NCBI GenBank assembly: GCA_017437745.1
Contig: JAFRYI010000006.1
Span: forward strand, 1,964 to 65,963
Source of the DNA: Bacillota bacterium
Lineage (GTDB): Bacteria > Bacillota > Clostridia > Peptostreptococcales > Anaerovoracaceae
Direction: 5' to 3'
Length of the DNA: 64,000 nucleotides
Both the position numbers and the translations under genes were made by a program. Numbering within the stretch: position 1 is the first letter of the stretch; each line of letters starts with the position of its first letter. Below are positions 48,547 through 56,200 of the stretch, piece after piece. The notes under the pieces were generated by a model, which saw only the letters and a list, made by a program, of their open reading frames with translations, was not told the DNA's origin and searched no databases.

Positions 48547-48573
48547 TAAGGGATTTGCTCCGCCTGGAGTAAT

Positions 48574-48603
48574 AAAAAACCGGACCGGCTGTGCGGTCCG
48601 GGT
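48574..48603 (-). terminator. intrinsic terminator after the bactofilin gene
   Basis: On the minus strand, CCGGACCG-cacagc-CGGTCCGG followed by TTTTTTATT. Confidence 0.8.
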
Positions 48604-48623
48604 GTGTTCAGGTATTGCGGGAA

Positions 48624-49100
48624 TTACTGCTCTATGGGCTGCGCGTCGGCTACGGGCTGAACGTCCTCCGCGGGTTCCGGTGTCTTTACTACCGGCGGCT
48701 TGGGTACCATGTTCAGCTTGCCCTCGAAAGCGGAACCGTCGTCCGTGCGAAGACTGGCTGTGGATAGGTTGCCCTTAAGAGCTCCGGTGGAGCGTATGAC
48801 GGTCTCGTCCGAGCAGAGCACGGTGCCTTCCACGCGGCCTTCAAGATCCAGCGACTTGAGCGCGGCTTCGCCTACGAGCGATCCGTTCTCCTTTATGCTT
48901 ACGCTGCTGGTGGAGCGGATGTTTCCGCGGATGGTTCCGAGGACCTCTATGGGCTCCTTGGAATCGAAATTGCCTACTACGATAACGCCTTTGCCTATGA
49001 CGGTGGAGGGCGCGACGGGCTTAGGTTCGGGCTTTGCTATTTCCTGTACGGGCTCCTCATATACGGGGGCCTGGTATTCTTCCTTTTTTCTTCCAAACAT
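48624..49100 (-). CDS. bactofilin-family polymer-forming protein
   Basis: 158 aa. Repetitive beta-helical pattern (IGKGVIVVGNFDS...IRGNIRSTSSVSI...VGEAALKSLDLEGRVEG...) with disordered Pro-rich tails. Confidence 0.75.
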   Translation of the reverse strand: MFGRKKEEYQAPVYEEPVQEIAKPEPKPVAPSTVIGKGVIVVGNFDSKEPIEVLGTIRGNIRSTSSVSIKENGSLVGEAALKSLDLEGRVEGTVLCSDETVIRSTGALKGNLSTASLRTDDGSAFEGKLNMVPKPPVVKTPEPAEDVQPVADAQPIEQ

Positions 49101-49179
49101 AATGTCTCCTTTATCTGCTGCGGCGGCCTGCGCGCCGCGTTCTTACTTAAGCGTACATTAATAATACACTAAAAGAAAA

Positions 49180-49208
49180 TTGCGGGCAAGTGCATTTGGT
49201 GCTATAAT
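49180..49208 (+). promoter_or_regulatory. sigma-A-like promoter for the DMT transporter gene
   Basis: TTGCGG (49180-85), a 17-nt spacer and TATAAT (49203-08) with TG at -15/-14. Predicts a ~150-nt 5' UTR. Confidence 0.55.
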
Positions 49209-49364
49209 CGCAACATAATGCTTTAAATCGCGGGCCGGAAGGCCTTGAAACGCAAGAGCGCAGGTAATTCGCACTGAAATTCAGTTGCAGATGCGGGCAG
49301 GTCCTGTCGGGCCGAACAGGCAAGGACGGAACGCAGACCGGTCAGGAAAAACACAGGCAGGTAC

Positions 49365-50372
49365 ATGGCAAAGGAAAGGAACAACAATCTGGCAGGAAGT
49401 TTCATGCTGCTCGGCGCCGCTTTCGTGTGGGGCGTCGCTTTTGTGTTCCAGGTTGAAGGCATGGACCACGTTACGCCGGTCACCTTCATGGCGTCCAGGT
49501 GCCTTCTGGCCACTGTCTTCCTTGCGGTGCTCGTGATCGCGGTGCGCGGCCCAAAGGACGCGTTCAGGTTCGACATCAATACCATTAAAGGCGGCATAGG
49601 CTGCGGCATAGCCATAACCATTGCCAACAACCTTCAGCAGATAGGCGTGCAGTACACCACGGCGGGCAAGGCCGGGTTCATAACGGCGATGTACATGCTG
49701 CTGGTGCCGATCTACGGCGCGGTGATATTCCGCCGCCGCGTAAGCGCCAGGACCTGGCTGGCGGTGCTGATAGGCGCGGCCGGAATGTATCTTCTGTGCA
49801 TAAAAGAGGGCTTTTCCATAGGGCAGGGCGACGCGTACGTAATAGGATGCGCGTTCGTGTTCGCGGGGCACATAGTCTGCGCGGACCACTTCGCGCCGAA
49901 GGCGGACGCCGTGAAGATGAGTTTTCTGCAGTTCTTCGTGTCGTTCGTGCTGTCTACGATATGGGCATTCATCGCGGAGAAGCCCACGTTTACGCAGATA
50001 TGGGACGCCAGAGTGTCCATCGCGTACTGCGGTTTCGTGTCCGCGGGCATAGGCTACACGCTTCAGCTTATGGGCCAGCAGAGGACCAGGCCGGAGGCGG
50101 CGTCGCTGATAATGAGCCTGGAATCCGTGTTCGCGGCTCTGGCGGGATGGGCAATGCTGCGCGAAGCGATGACTGCCCGCGAACTTTTAGGATGCGCGCT
50201 GCTGTTCGGTGCTATAATATTAGTGCAGACCAAGGCAGCTGAAAAAAACCGGACGGCGGAGCTGCCGGGCGGTCAAACAGTTTCAGAGCCGGCGGCAGAA
50301 CAGTTGGGCGAGATGACAGACTTGAAGACGGCAGCGGAGCTGCCGGAAACGATAACGGATACGGAGCAGTAG
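49365..50372 (+). CDS. DMT-superfamily (EamA-like) transporter
   Basis: 335 aa, about 10 TM helices in two EamA-like halves, with a hydrophilic C-terminal tail. Confidence 0.85.
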   Translation: MAKERNNNLAGSFMLLGAAFVWGVAFVFQVEGMDHVTPVTFMASRCLLATVFLAVLVIAVRGPKDAFRFDINTIKGGIGCGIAITIANNLQQIGVQYTTAGKAGFITAMYMLLVPIYGAVIFRRRVSARTWLAVLIGAAGMYLLCIKEGFSIGQGDAYVIGCAFVFAGHIVCADHFAPKADAVKMSFLQFFVSFVLSTIWAFIAEKPTFTQIWDARVSIAYCGFVSAGIGYTLQLMGQQRTRPEAASLIMSLESVFAALAGWAMLREAMTARELLGCALLFGAIILVQTKAAEKNRTAELPGGQTVSEPAAEQLGEMTDLKTAAELPETITDTEQ

Positions 50373-50873
50373 ATGGCAGGAAACGGAGAACTTTGGGATT
50401 CGTACAATAAGGATTTCGTAAAGACCGGAAGCGCCACCCTTACAAGGGGCGAGGCGATCCCTGCCGGCCAGTTCCACCTTGTGGGCAACGTGCTTGTAAG
50501 GCACGCGGACGGGACCTACCTTCTTATGCTGCGCGACCGCATGAAGAAACACGGCGGAATGTGGGAAGCCTCCGCGGGCGGCTCGGCTCTGGCGGGCGAG
50601 ACGGCGATCCAGTGCGCAGTGCGCGAACTGGAGGAGGAATCCGGCATAGCCTGCAGGGATCTGAAAGAGCTGGGCGTTACCGTCAGCGAAAAGAACCGCA
50701 CCATCTACGCCGAGTATCTCTGTGTGTACGGCGGCCCCAAGGACGCGATCAGGCTGCAGAAAGGCGAGACCACCGCTTACAAATGGGTAAGCAGGGACGA
50801 ACTGCTGGCGATGAGCCTGTCCGAGCTGCTTTCCGGACGCGCTCAGGACAGGGTAAGGCGCGGGGTCGCGTAG
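50373..50873 (+). CDS. NUDIX hydrolase
   Basis: 166 aa. Nudix box GGSALAGETAIQCAVRELEEESGI. The start abuts the DMT stop. Confidence 0.85.
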   Translation: MAGNGELWDSYNKDFVKTGSATLTRGEAIPAGQFHLVGNVLVRHADGTYLLMLRDRMKKHGGMWEASAGGSALAGETAIQCAVRELEEESGIACRDLKELGVTVSEKNRTIYAEYLCVYGGPKDAIRLQKGETTAYKWVSRDELLAMSLSELLSGRAQDRVRRGVA

Positions 50874-50955
50874 ATCTCAGGACAGAGCAAGGCGCGGACT
50901 TGCGTAGAGCGTTGCGCCAAACGATCCGGCTGCCTGGCCGGATGTTCATAAAGCC

Positions 50956-50984
50956 TTGACATTTAAAGGTTTTTAAGCAATAAT
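50956..50984 (+). promoter_or_regulatory. sigma-A-like promoter for the metG leader
   Basis: TTGACA (50956-61), a 17-nt spacer and AATAAT (50979-84). The leader ATG lies only 8 nt downstream. Confidence 0.55.
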
Positions 50985-50992
50985 AATTCATC

Positions 50993-51061
50993 ATGAAAAA
51001 CACTTTCTTCAACAGATCGATGATGGGCATGCGCAAGCGCGGGGGAGCCGCGCCGCTTTAG
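50993..51061 (+). CDS. 22-codon leader peptide with Met-Met-Gly-Met cluster (candidate metG attenuator peptide)
   Basis: My translation is MKNTFFNRSMMGMRKRGGAAPL. There is no SD, and the distance from the -10 suggests a leaderless or near-leaderless mRNA. Confidence 0.4.
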   Translation: MKNTFFNRSMMGMRKRGGAAPL

Positions 51062-51100
51062 GATGCCCGGACAAGAAGTGTTTTACTTTAGTTAAGTATC

Positions 51101-51129
51101 GACCGGAGGGCATCTTCCGGTCATTTTTA
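51101..51129 (+). terminator. leader terminator (attenuator) upstream of metG
   Basis: GACCGGA-gggcatct-TCCGGTC followed by ATTTTTAT, 48 nt before the metG ATG. Confidence 0.7.
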
Positions 51130-51176
51130 TAGCTTAAGGGCCGCCGGAGCGCCCCGAGAGTTCAAAGGAGAATCAA

Positions 51177-53111
51177 ATGTCAGAGAAAAAGAGCTACTAC
51201 ATCACTACGCCGATCTACTACCCGAGCGGAAACCTCCACATCGGGCACACCTACTGCACCGTAATGGCGGACGCCGTTGCGCGTTTCAAAAGGCTGCAGG
51301 GTTACGACGTAATGTTCCTGACCGGCACGGACGAGCACGGCCAGAAGATAGAGAAGAAGGCCGCGGAGGCAGGGGTCACGCCGCAGCAGTACGTGGACCA
51401 CATAGTCGACGGCATCCAGGAACTGTGGAAGACCATGGAGATCAGCTACGACGACTTCATCCGCACCACCCAGCCGCGCCACATCAAGCGCGTACAGGAG
51501 ATCTTCATGAAGATGTACGAAAAGGGCGACATCTACAAGGGCGAGTACGAGGGTTGGTACTGCACACCGTGCGAATCCTTCTGGACCGAGAGCCAGCTTA
51601 AGGACGGCAAGTGCCCGGACTGCGGCAGACCCGTCGAAAAGGCCAGGGAGACCGCGTACTTCTTCCGTCTGTCCAAATACGCCGACAGGCTGGTGGAGCT
51701 GCTTAAGGGCGGCGAGTTCCTGCAGCCGCAGACCCGCGTAAACGAGATGCTCGGATTCATAGACCAGGGCCTGGAGGACCTCTGCATAAGCCGCGAGAGC
51801 GTAAAGTGGGGCATTCCGGTCCCGATCGACGAGACCAACACCATCTACGTGTGGCTGGACGCGCTCTCCAACTACGTTACCGCTCTGGGCTATCCCAGTG
51901 TGGACGGCGAGAGCGACGAAAAGTATAAGAAATACTGGCCCGCGGACATCCATCTTGTGGGCAAGGAAATAGTACGTTTCCATTCCATAATCTGGCCGGC
52001 CATGCTGATGAGTCTGGAACAGCCGCTTCCCAAGCACGTTTTGGGCCACGGCTGGCTGCTGATCGACGGCGGCAAGATGGGCAAGAGCTTCGGCAACGTC
52101 GTGGACCCGGTGGTCCTGATAGACCGCTACGGCGTGGACGCGCTGAAGTACTTCCTGCTGCGCGAGTACACCTTCGGGCAGGACGGCAACTTTACCAACG
52201 AAGTAATGATAAACCGCATGAACTTCGACCTTGCCAACGACCTGGGCAACCTTGTGTCGCGCACGGTAACGATGATAGAGAAGTACTGCGGCGGAATAAT
52301 ACCGAATCACAACGAGGCGGCCGCGGAGGATCCGGACGGCGAGCTGAGGGATACGGTCCTGGCGTCCTGGAAGGGCGTGGAGACCCACATGGACAAGTTC
52401 GAGTTCAACTACGCGCTGGAGTCCATATGGACAGGCATACGCCGCACCAACAAGTACATAGACGAGACGGCGCCCTGGGTGCTGGCCAAGGATCCGGAAA
52501 AGAAGGCAAGGCTGGACGAAGTAATGCACAACCTTGCGGAGTCCCTGCGCATAGCGTCCGTGCTGATCCATCCGTTCATGCACACAACTGCAACTAAGAT
52601 TCGGTCGCAGCTCGGAATAACGGCAGAGCCTGCATGGGAAGACGCCAAGGTCTTCGACTGTCTGGGCGGCGAAAAAGTGGAGCGCGGCGAGGTGCTCTTC
52701 CCCAGACTGGACGTCGCCAAGGAACTGGAGGCGCTCGAGGAGCTGAAGAAGGCTGCCGCTGGCCCGCAGATAAACTACGAACCGTTCAAGGAAGACATAG
52801 AGTTCGACACCTTCGAGAAGATAGACCTGCGTGTCGGAACGATACTTTCCGCCGAGAAGCATCCCAAGGCGGACAAACTGCTGGTGTTCCAGGTGGATCT
52901 GGGCAGCGAGAAGCGCCAGATCATTTCCGGCGTGGCGGCTCACTACAAGCCGGAGGAGTGCGTAGGCAAGAAGGTAATGGCCGTAGTCAACCTTAAGCCC
53001 AGGAAGCTTCGCGGTCTGGACAGCTGCGGAATGCTGCTGTTCTCCGAGGACCCGGAGGGCCATCTGCATTTCGTTTCGCCGGACGACGTTCCGGGAATGA
53101 CCATAAACTAG
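51177..53111 (+). CDS. metG: methionine--tRNA ligase with C-terminal tRNA-binding (Trbp111-like) domain
   Basis: 644 aa. HIGH region (PSGNLHIGHTY), Zn knuckles (CTPCESF...CPDCGRP) and KMSKS variant (KMGKSFGN). AAGGAG SD. Confidence 0.96.
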   Translation: MSEKKSYYITTPIYYPSGNLHIGHTYCTVMADAVARFKRLQGYDVMFLTGTDEHGQKIEKKAAEAGVTPQQYVDHIVDGIQELWKTMEISYDDFIRTTQPRHIKRVQEIFMKMYEKGDIYKGEYEGWYCTPCESFWTESQLKDGKCPDCGRPVEKARETAYFFRLSKYADRLVELLKGGEFLQPQTRVNEMLGFIDQGLEDLCISRESVKWGIPVPIDETNTIYVWLDALSNYVTALGYPSVDGESDEKYKKYWPADIHLVGKEIVRFHSIIWPAMLMSLEQPLPKHVLGHGWLLIDGGKMGKSFGNVVDPVVLIDRYGVDALKYFLLREYTFGQDGNFTNEVMINRMNFDLANDLGNLVSRTVTMIEKYCGGIIPNHNEAAAEDPDGELRDTVLASWKGVETHMDKFEFNYALESIWTGIRRTNKYIDETAPWVLAKDPEKKARLDEVMHNLAESLRIASVLIHPFMHTTATKIRSQLGITAEPAWEDAKVFDCLGGEKVERGEVLFPRLDVAKELEALEELKKAAAGPQINYEPFKEDIEFDTFEKIDLRVGTILSAEKHPKADKLLVFQVDLGSEKRQIISGVAAHYKPEECVGKKVMAVVNLKPRKLRGLDSCGMLLFSEDPEGHLHFVSPDDVPGMTIN

Positions 53112-53124
53112 CGGAGGGACCGGC

Positions 53125-53286
53125 ATGAACCTTGTTTATTTGGCATATTTGGGCATTATAATATTCGTTCTGAACATTATATTGAACAGAGTGTTCCATC
53201 TGATGCCGCAGAAGACCATGATGGCCATATACATCGTGGCTGTGGCGCTGATATTCATAGGGATCGTGGGCTCGGTGCTGGTGTAA
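53125..53286 (+). CDS. hypothetical small two-TM membrane protein (53 aa)
   Basis: Below the track cutoff. My translation is MNLVYLAYLGIIIFVLNIILNRVFHLMPQKTMMAIYIVAVALIFIGIVGSVLV. GGAGGG SD. Stop overlaps the next ATG (TAATG). Confidence 0.5.
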   Translation: MNLVYLAYLGIIIFVLNIILNRVFHLMPQKTMMAIYIVAVALIFIGIVGSVLV

Positions 53287-54773
53287 TGCATACAGGACAG
53301 CTGCCGAAAGGCCAGGCGCTTGTGCAGCTTATACAGGAAAAGCAGACGGATCCGATAAGAAGGCACACGGAGGGTACAATGGACAGACTTACAGATTACA
53401 TAGCGTGGCTGGGAGACGTGGATTTCGACGCCAGACCTCTGGGGGAAGTCGACGCCCTGATAATGTGCGTCATCTCCTATTTCGACCTGAGCCCGGCGAT
53501 GGATTCGAACGGCGGCACCTTCTACCTTAAGGACTGCGCGCAGACGGAGTTCTCCGGTAAGCTCGGCCTTAAGATAACCGGGGGAGACCTGGGCAATTCG
53601 GACATATTCCTTGCGGCGGCAAAGTCCAAGCGATTCGGCGAGCTGGTGATAACGCGTTACGTGGATCAGCTCGACCCGGATCAGGATCTGCAGTTCTCCG
53701 CCGTGGTGCTTAGCTGGAAGGACAAGTTTTCCTTCATCGCGTACCGCGGAACGGACGACACGCTTGTAGGCTGGAAGGAAGACTTCATGATCGCCTACAC
53801 GCAGACCAAGGCGCAGAAGATGGCGGTGGAGTACGCTAAGGCCGCGATCAACTTCAAACCTCCGAAAAAAAGCGGCAGAACGCCTGCCGGTATTATAGGA
53901 TCCAAGAGCAACGCGAAGGACAGAGTCTGGTACATAGGCGGACATTCCAAGGGCGCCAACCTTGCGATGTATACTGCCTGCATGCTTCCGGCCAAAGACA
54001 TGGCCAAGGTGGAAAGGGTGTTCGTGCTGGACGGTCCGGGATTTGCGCCGGAGGTGGTGGACACGGAGCTGCTTAAGCGCATAGACGCGAAGACCACCAG
54101 GATAATCCCGGAATACAGCGTTATAGGGCGGCTTATGGAGCCGCAGCTTTCCGACACACGCATAGTGCAGTCCGCGTTCGACGGTTTCATGCAGCATTCG
54201 CTGGCGTCGTGGGGCGTGTATCACGGAGGGTTGGCACTGTCCGAGATGACGGAGCCCAAAGACCGCTGGATAAACGAGACTCTGAAGACGTGGATAGAGG
54301 GCATGCCGGTGGAGGCCAGGGAGACTTTCGTAAACGAACTGTTCGAAGGTCTTATGTCCGGCGGCGCCCAGACCGTTCCGGAGCTTACGAGCGGAGGTCT
54401 GGCGGGGCTGGAGTCCGTGCTTAAGAGCTTTTCCGGATTCAGCGATTCCACCAAGGAGGTACTGTCACAGCTTAAGAACGCGGCGATAGCGGAGATAAAG
54501 GATTCCACGCTGTCCGGTATCAAGGAGGCGGCGAAGGATACGGCAAGCGCGGCGCTAACTGGTATAAAGGAAGTGGCCAAAGGCGGAGCAAACGCCGCGA
54601 AGAGCGGAGCCGGCGTGGTCCTGGACGCTGCGGGAGCGGCGATATCCGGTATCAAGGAAGTTGCCGCGGACGGAGCAAGCGCAGCTTTCGACAGCGCGAA
54701 GAAGGCCATCGAGAACATCCTGAACATAGAGAAGAAACTGGACGAGACGATCGCCGGAGAAGAGAAGGAATAA
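53286..54773 (+). CDS. DUF2974/Mbeg1-like alpha/beta-hydrolase-fold protein with repetitive C-terminal tail
   Basis: 495 aa. YRGTDDTLVGWKEDF and GGHSKGANLAMY (GxSxG). C-terminal SGIKE(A/V)A repeats. Confidence 0.6.
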   Translation: MHTGQLPKGQALVQLIQEKQTDPIRRHTEGTMDRLTDYIAWLGDVDFDARPLGEVDALIMCVISYFDLSPAMDSNGGTFYLKDCAQTEFSGKLGLKITGGDLGNSDIFLAAAKSKRFGELVITRYVDQLDPDQDLQFSAVVLSWKDKFSFIAYRGTDDTLVGWKEDFMIAYTQTKAQKMAVEYAKAAINFKPPKKSGRTPAGIIGSKSNAKDRVWYIGGHSKGANLAMYTACMLPAKDMAKVERVFVLDGPGFAPEVVDTELLKRIDAKTTRIIPEYSVIGRLMEPQLSDTRIVQSAFDGFMQHSLASWGVYHGGLALSEMTEPKDRWINETLKTWIEGMPVEARETFVNELFEGLMSGGAQTVPELTSGGLAGLESVLKSFSGFSDSTKEVLSQLKNAAIAEIKDSTLSGIKEAAKDTASAALTGIKEVAKGGANAAKSGAGVVLDAAGAAISGIKEVAADGASAAFDSAKKAIENILNIEKKLDETIAGEEKE

Positions 54774-54789
54774 CGATTATAAAAAAAAG

Positions 54790-54935
54790 AGCGGCGCATG
54801 CGCTGTGATCAAAGGACTGTTTGGGATCCCGGTTCTTAGCGACCGGCAAGCCTTAGGGCGAAGCCGGAGTTTAGAACCGCTGGTGGGCTCCCAACCAAGC
54901 GGGAGCGTGTCCTTGAGCACAGCGTATGCGCCGCT
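54790..54935. repeat. ~145-bp imperfect-palindrome intergenic repeat, copy B (interior inverted relative to copy A)
   Basis: Ends AGCGGCGCATGCGCTGTG and CACAGCGTATGCGCCGCT pair. The reverse complement aligns along its length with 39596-39740. Confidence 0.85.
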
Positions 54936-54958
54936 TTATTAATTCTGCGATTGCTATT

Positions 54959-56197
54959 CTACCTCAGCGTCAGGGTGCCTCCCCTCAGCGTTGCCGTATG
55001 GCCGCCGGGGAATTCCGTCACTTTGCCACCGATGTTCTTCTGCACGGCGCCATAGAGCGCGTTCAGGTGGACGGCGGATATGCCTTCGCTCAGTCCCAGG
55101 CGGGCGAATTCGCTTACTATTATGCGTTTAAAGACCGCCGGCTCCAGTTTCCGCAGCACGGAAGCGCTTAGTTCGATTGAGCTCAGGAGCGGCTTGGGGT
55201 CCAGGCTGGCGGGGAAGACGCTGTCTTCCGGCCGGGGCATTCTGGCCTCCAGGACATTCTCGGAATCTATCATGGCTTTGGCGGCGATGCCGCTCAGAGC
55301 GTCGTCATCCTCGGAAGCGTTGGCCGCTAGGCGCACCAGCGCTTCTTTTATGTTGGGGTTGAAGTCCTTTTCGATGGCAGGGATCAGCTCCAGGCGTATC
55401 TTGTTGCGGGTGTAATCCGTTTCCGCGTTGGTGTGATCCATGCGAGGCTGCAACTGATTTTCGGTGCAAAATGCTTCTATCTCGCTGCGGGGAACGTCCA
55501 TAAGAGGTCTGATCACTGAAATATCAAGCTCTTTGGCTTTGCTGCGGAGCTCCTCGTCGTTGGTCCCGGCGGCTACGCGGAGCAGCGCGTCGTCGATCCG
55601 GCTCCTGTACTGAATGCCGGAAAGCCCGTGGACACCCGTACCGCGGAGCACCCTCATAAGTACGGTCTCAGCCTGATCGTCCATATTGTGGGCAAGCGCT
55701 ATCCGCACTCCGCCCTTGGGGACGGGAATGGCGGGTCTGTCCTGCGCGGAGCTCTTTGCTTTGCCGCTCGCGCCGAGGTTGGGCTCGTCCGGTCGTTTGT
55801 CATCCGGCCTGGTCCCGATCTGCTTGCCTGTCGCTATGCCGTACGCGATGTACGCGAAGACTTCGCGGCGAACGCTCCGGCCCGCTTCTTCCTCCGTCAT
55901 GTGACGCTTCTTCGCGTAGGCAGGTACGTTGGCGACCGCGCCTATGCACGACACTCCGTGACTTCTGGCGTAGTTCACTGCCCAGGCGGCGTCCTCGTCG
56001 GCGGCCTCACCCCGGATCCCGTGGTTGATGTGCACCGCCGCGAAATCGAAGCCCATCTGAGCCCTGAGCTCCAGTAGCGCGTGGAACAGGCACAGCGAAT
56101 CCGGGCCGCCGGAGAATCCCAGCAGCACAAAGTCGCCGGGCTTTACCAGCTTGTGTTCCTTTATGGTGTTTTGAACGGTCTTTACAAGATCTGTCAT
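54959..56197 (-). CDS. tilS: tRNA(Ile)-lysidine synthase
   Basis: 412 aa. PP-loop LGFSGGPDSLCL. A low-complexity insert is present (RPDDKRPDEPNLGASGKAKSSAQDRP). Confidence 0.87.
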   Translation of the reverse strand: MTDLVKTVQNTIKEHKLVKPGDFVLLGFSGGPDSLCLFHALLELRAQMGFDFAAVHINHGIRGEAADEDAAWAVNYARSHGVSCIGAVANVPAYAKKRHMTEEEAGRSVRREVFAYIAYGIATGKQIGTRPDDKRPDEPNLGASGKAKSSAQDRPAIPVPKGGVRIALAHNMDDQAETVLMRVLRGTGVHGLSGIQYRSRIDDALLRVAAGTNDEELRSKAKELDISVIRPLMDVPRSEIEAFCTENQLQPRMDHTNAETDYTRNKIRLELIPAIEKDFNPNIKEALVRLAANASEDDDALSGIAAKAMIDSENVLEARMPRPEDSVFPASLDPKPLLSSIELSASVLRKLEPAVFKRIIVSEFARLGLSEGISAVHLNALYGAVQKNIGGKVTEFPGGHTATLRGGTLTLR

Positions 56198-56200
56198 GTG

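Noticed and set aside
49300-49340. Glycine-riboswitch-like CAGGCAAGGACGG, compared with the consensus CUCAGGCAAAAGGAC.
   Set aside because: The upstream conserved GGAGAG and CACCGAAGG(G)GCAA blocks and the P1/P3 architecture are not present. A DMT exporter is not a typical glycine-riboswitch target.
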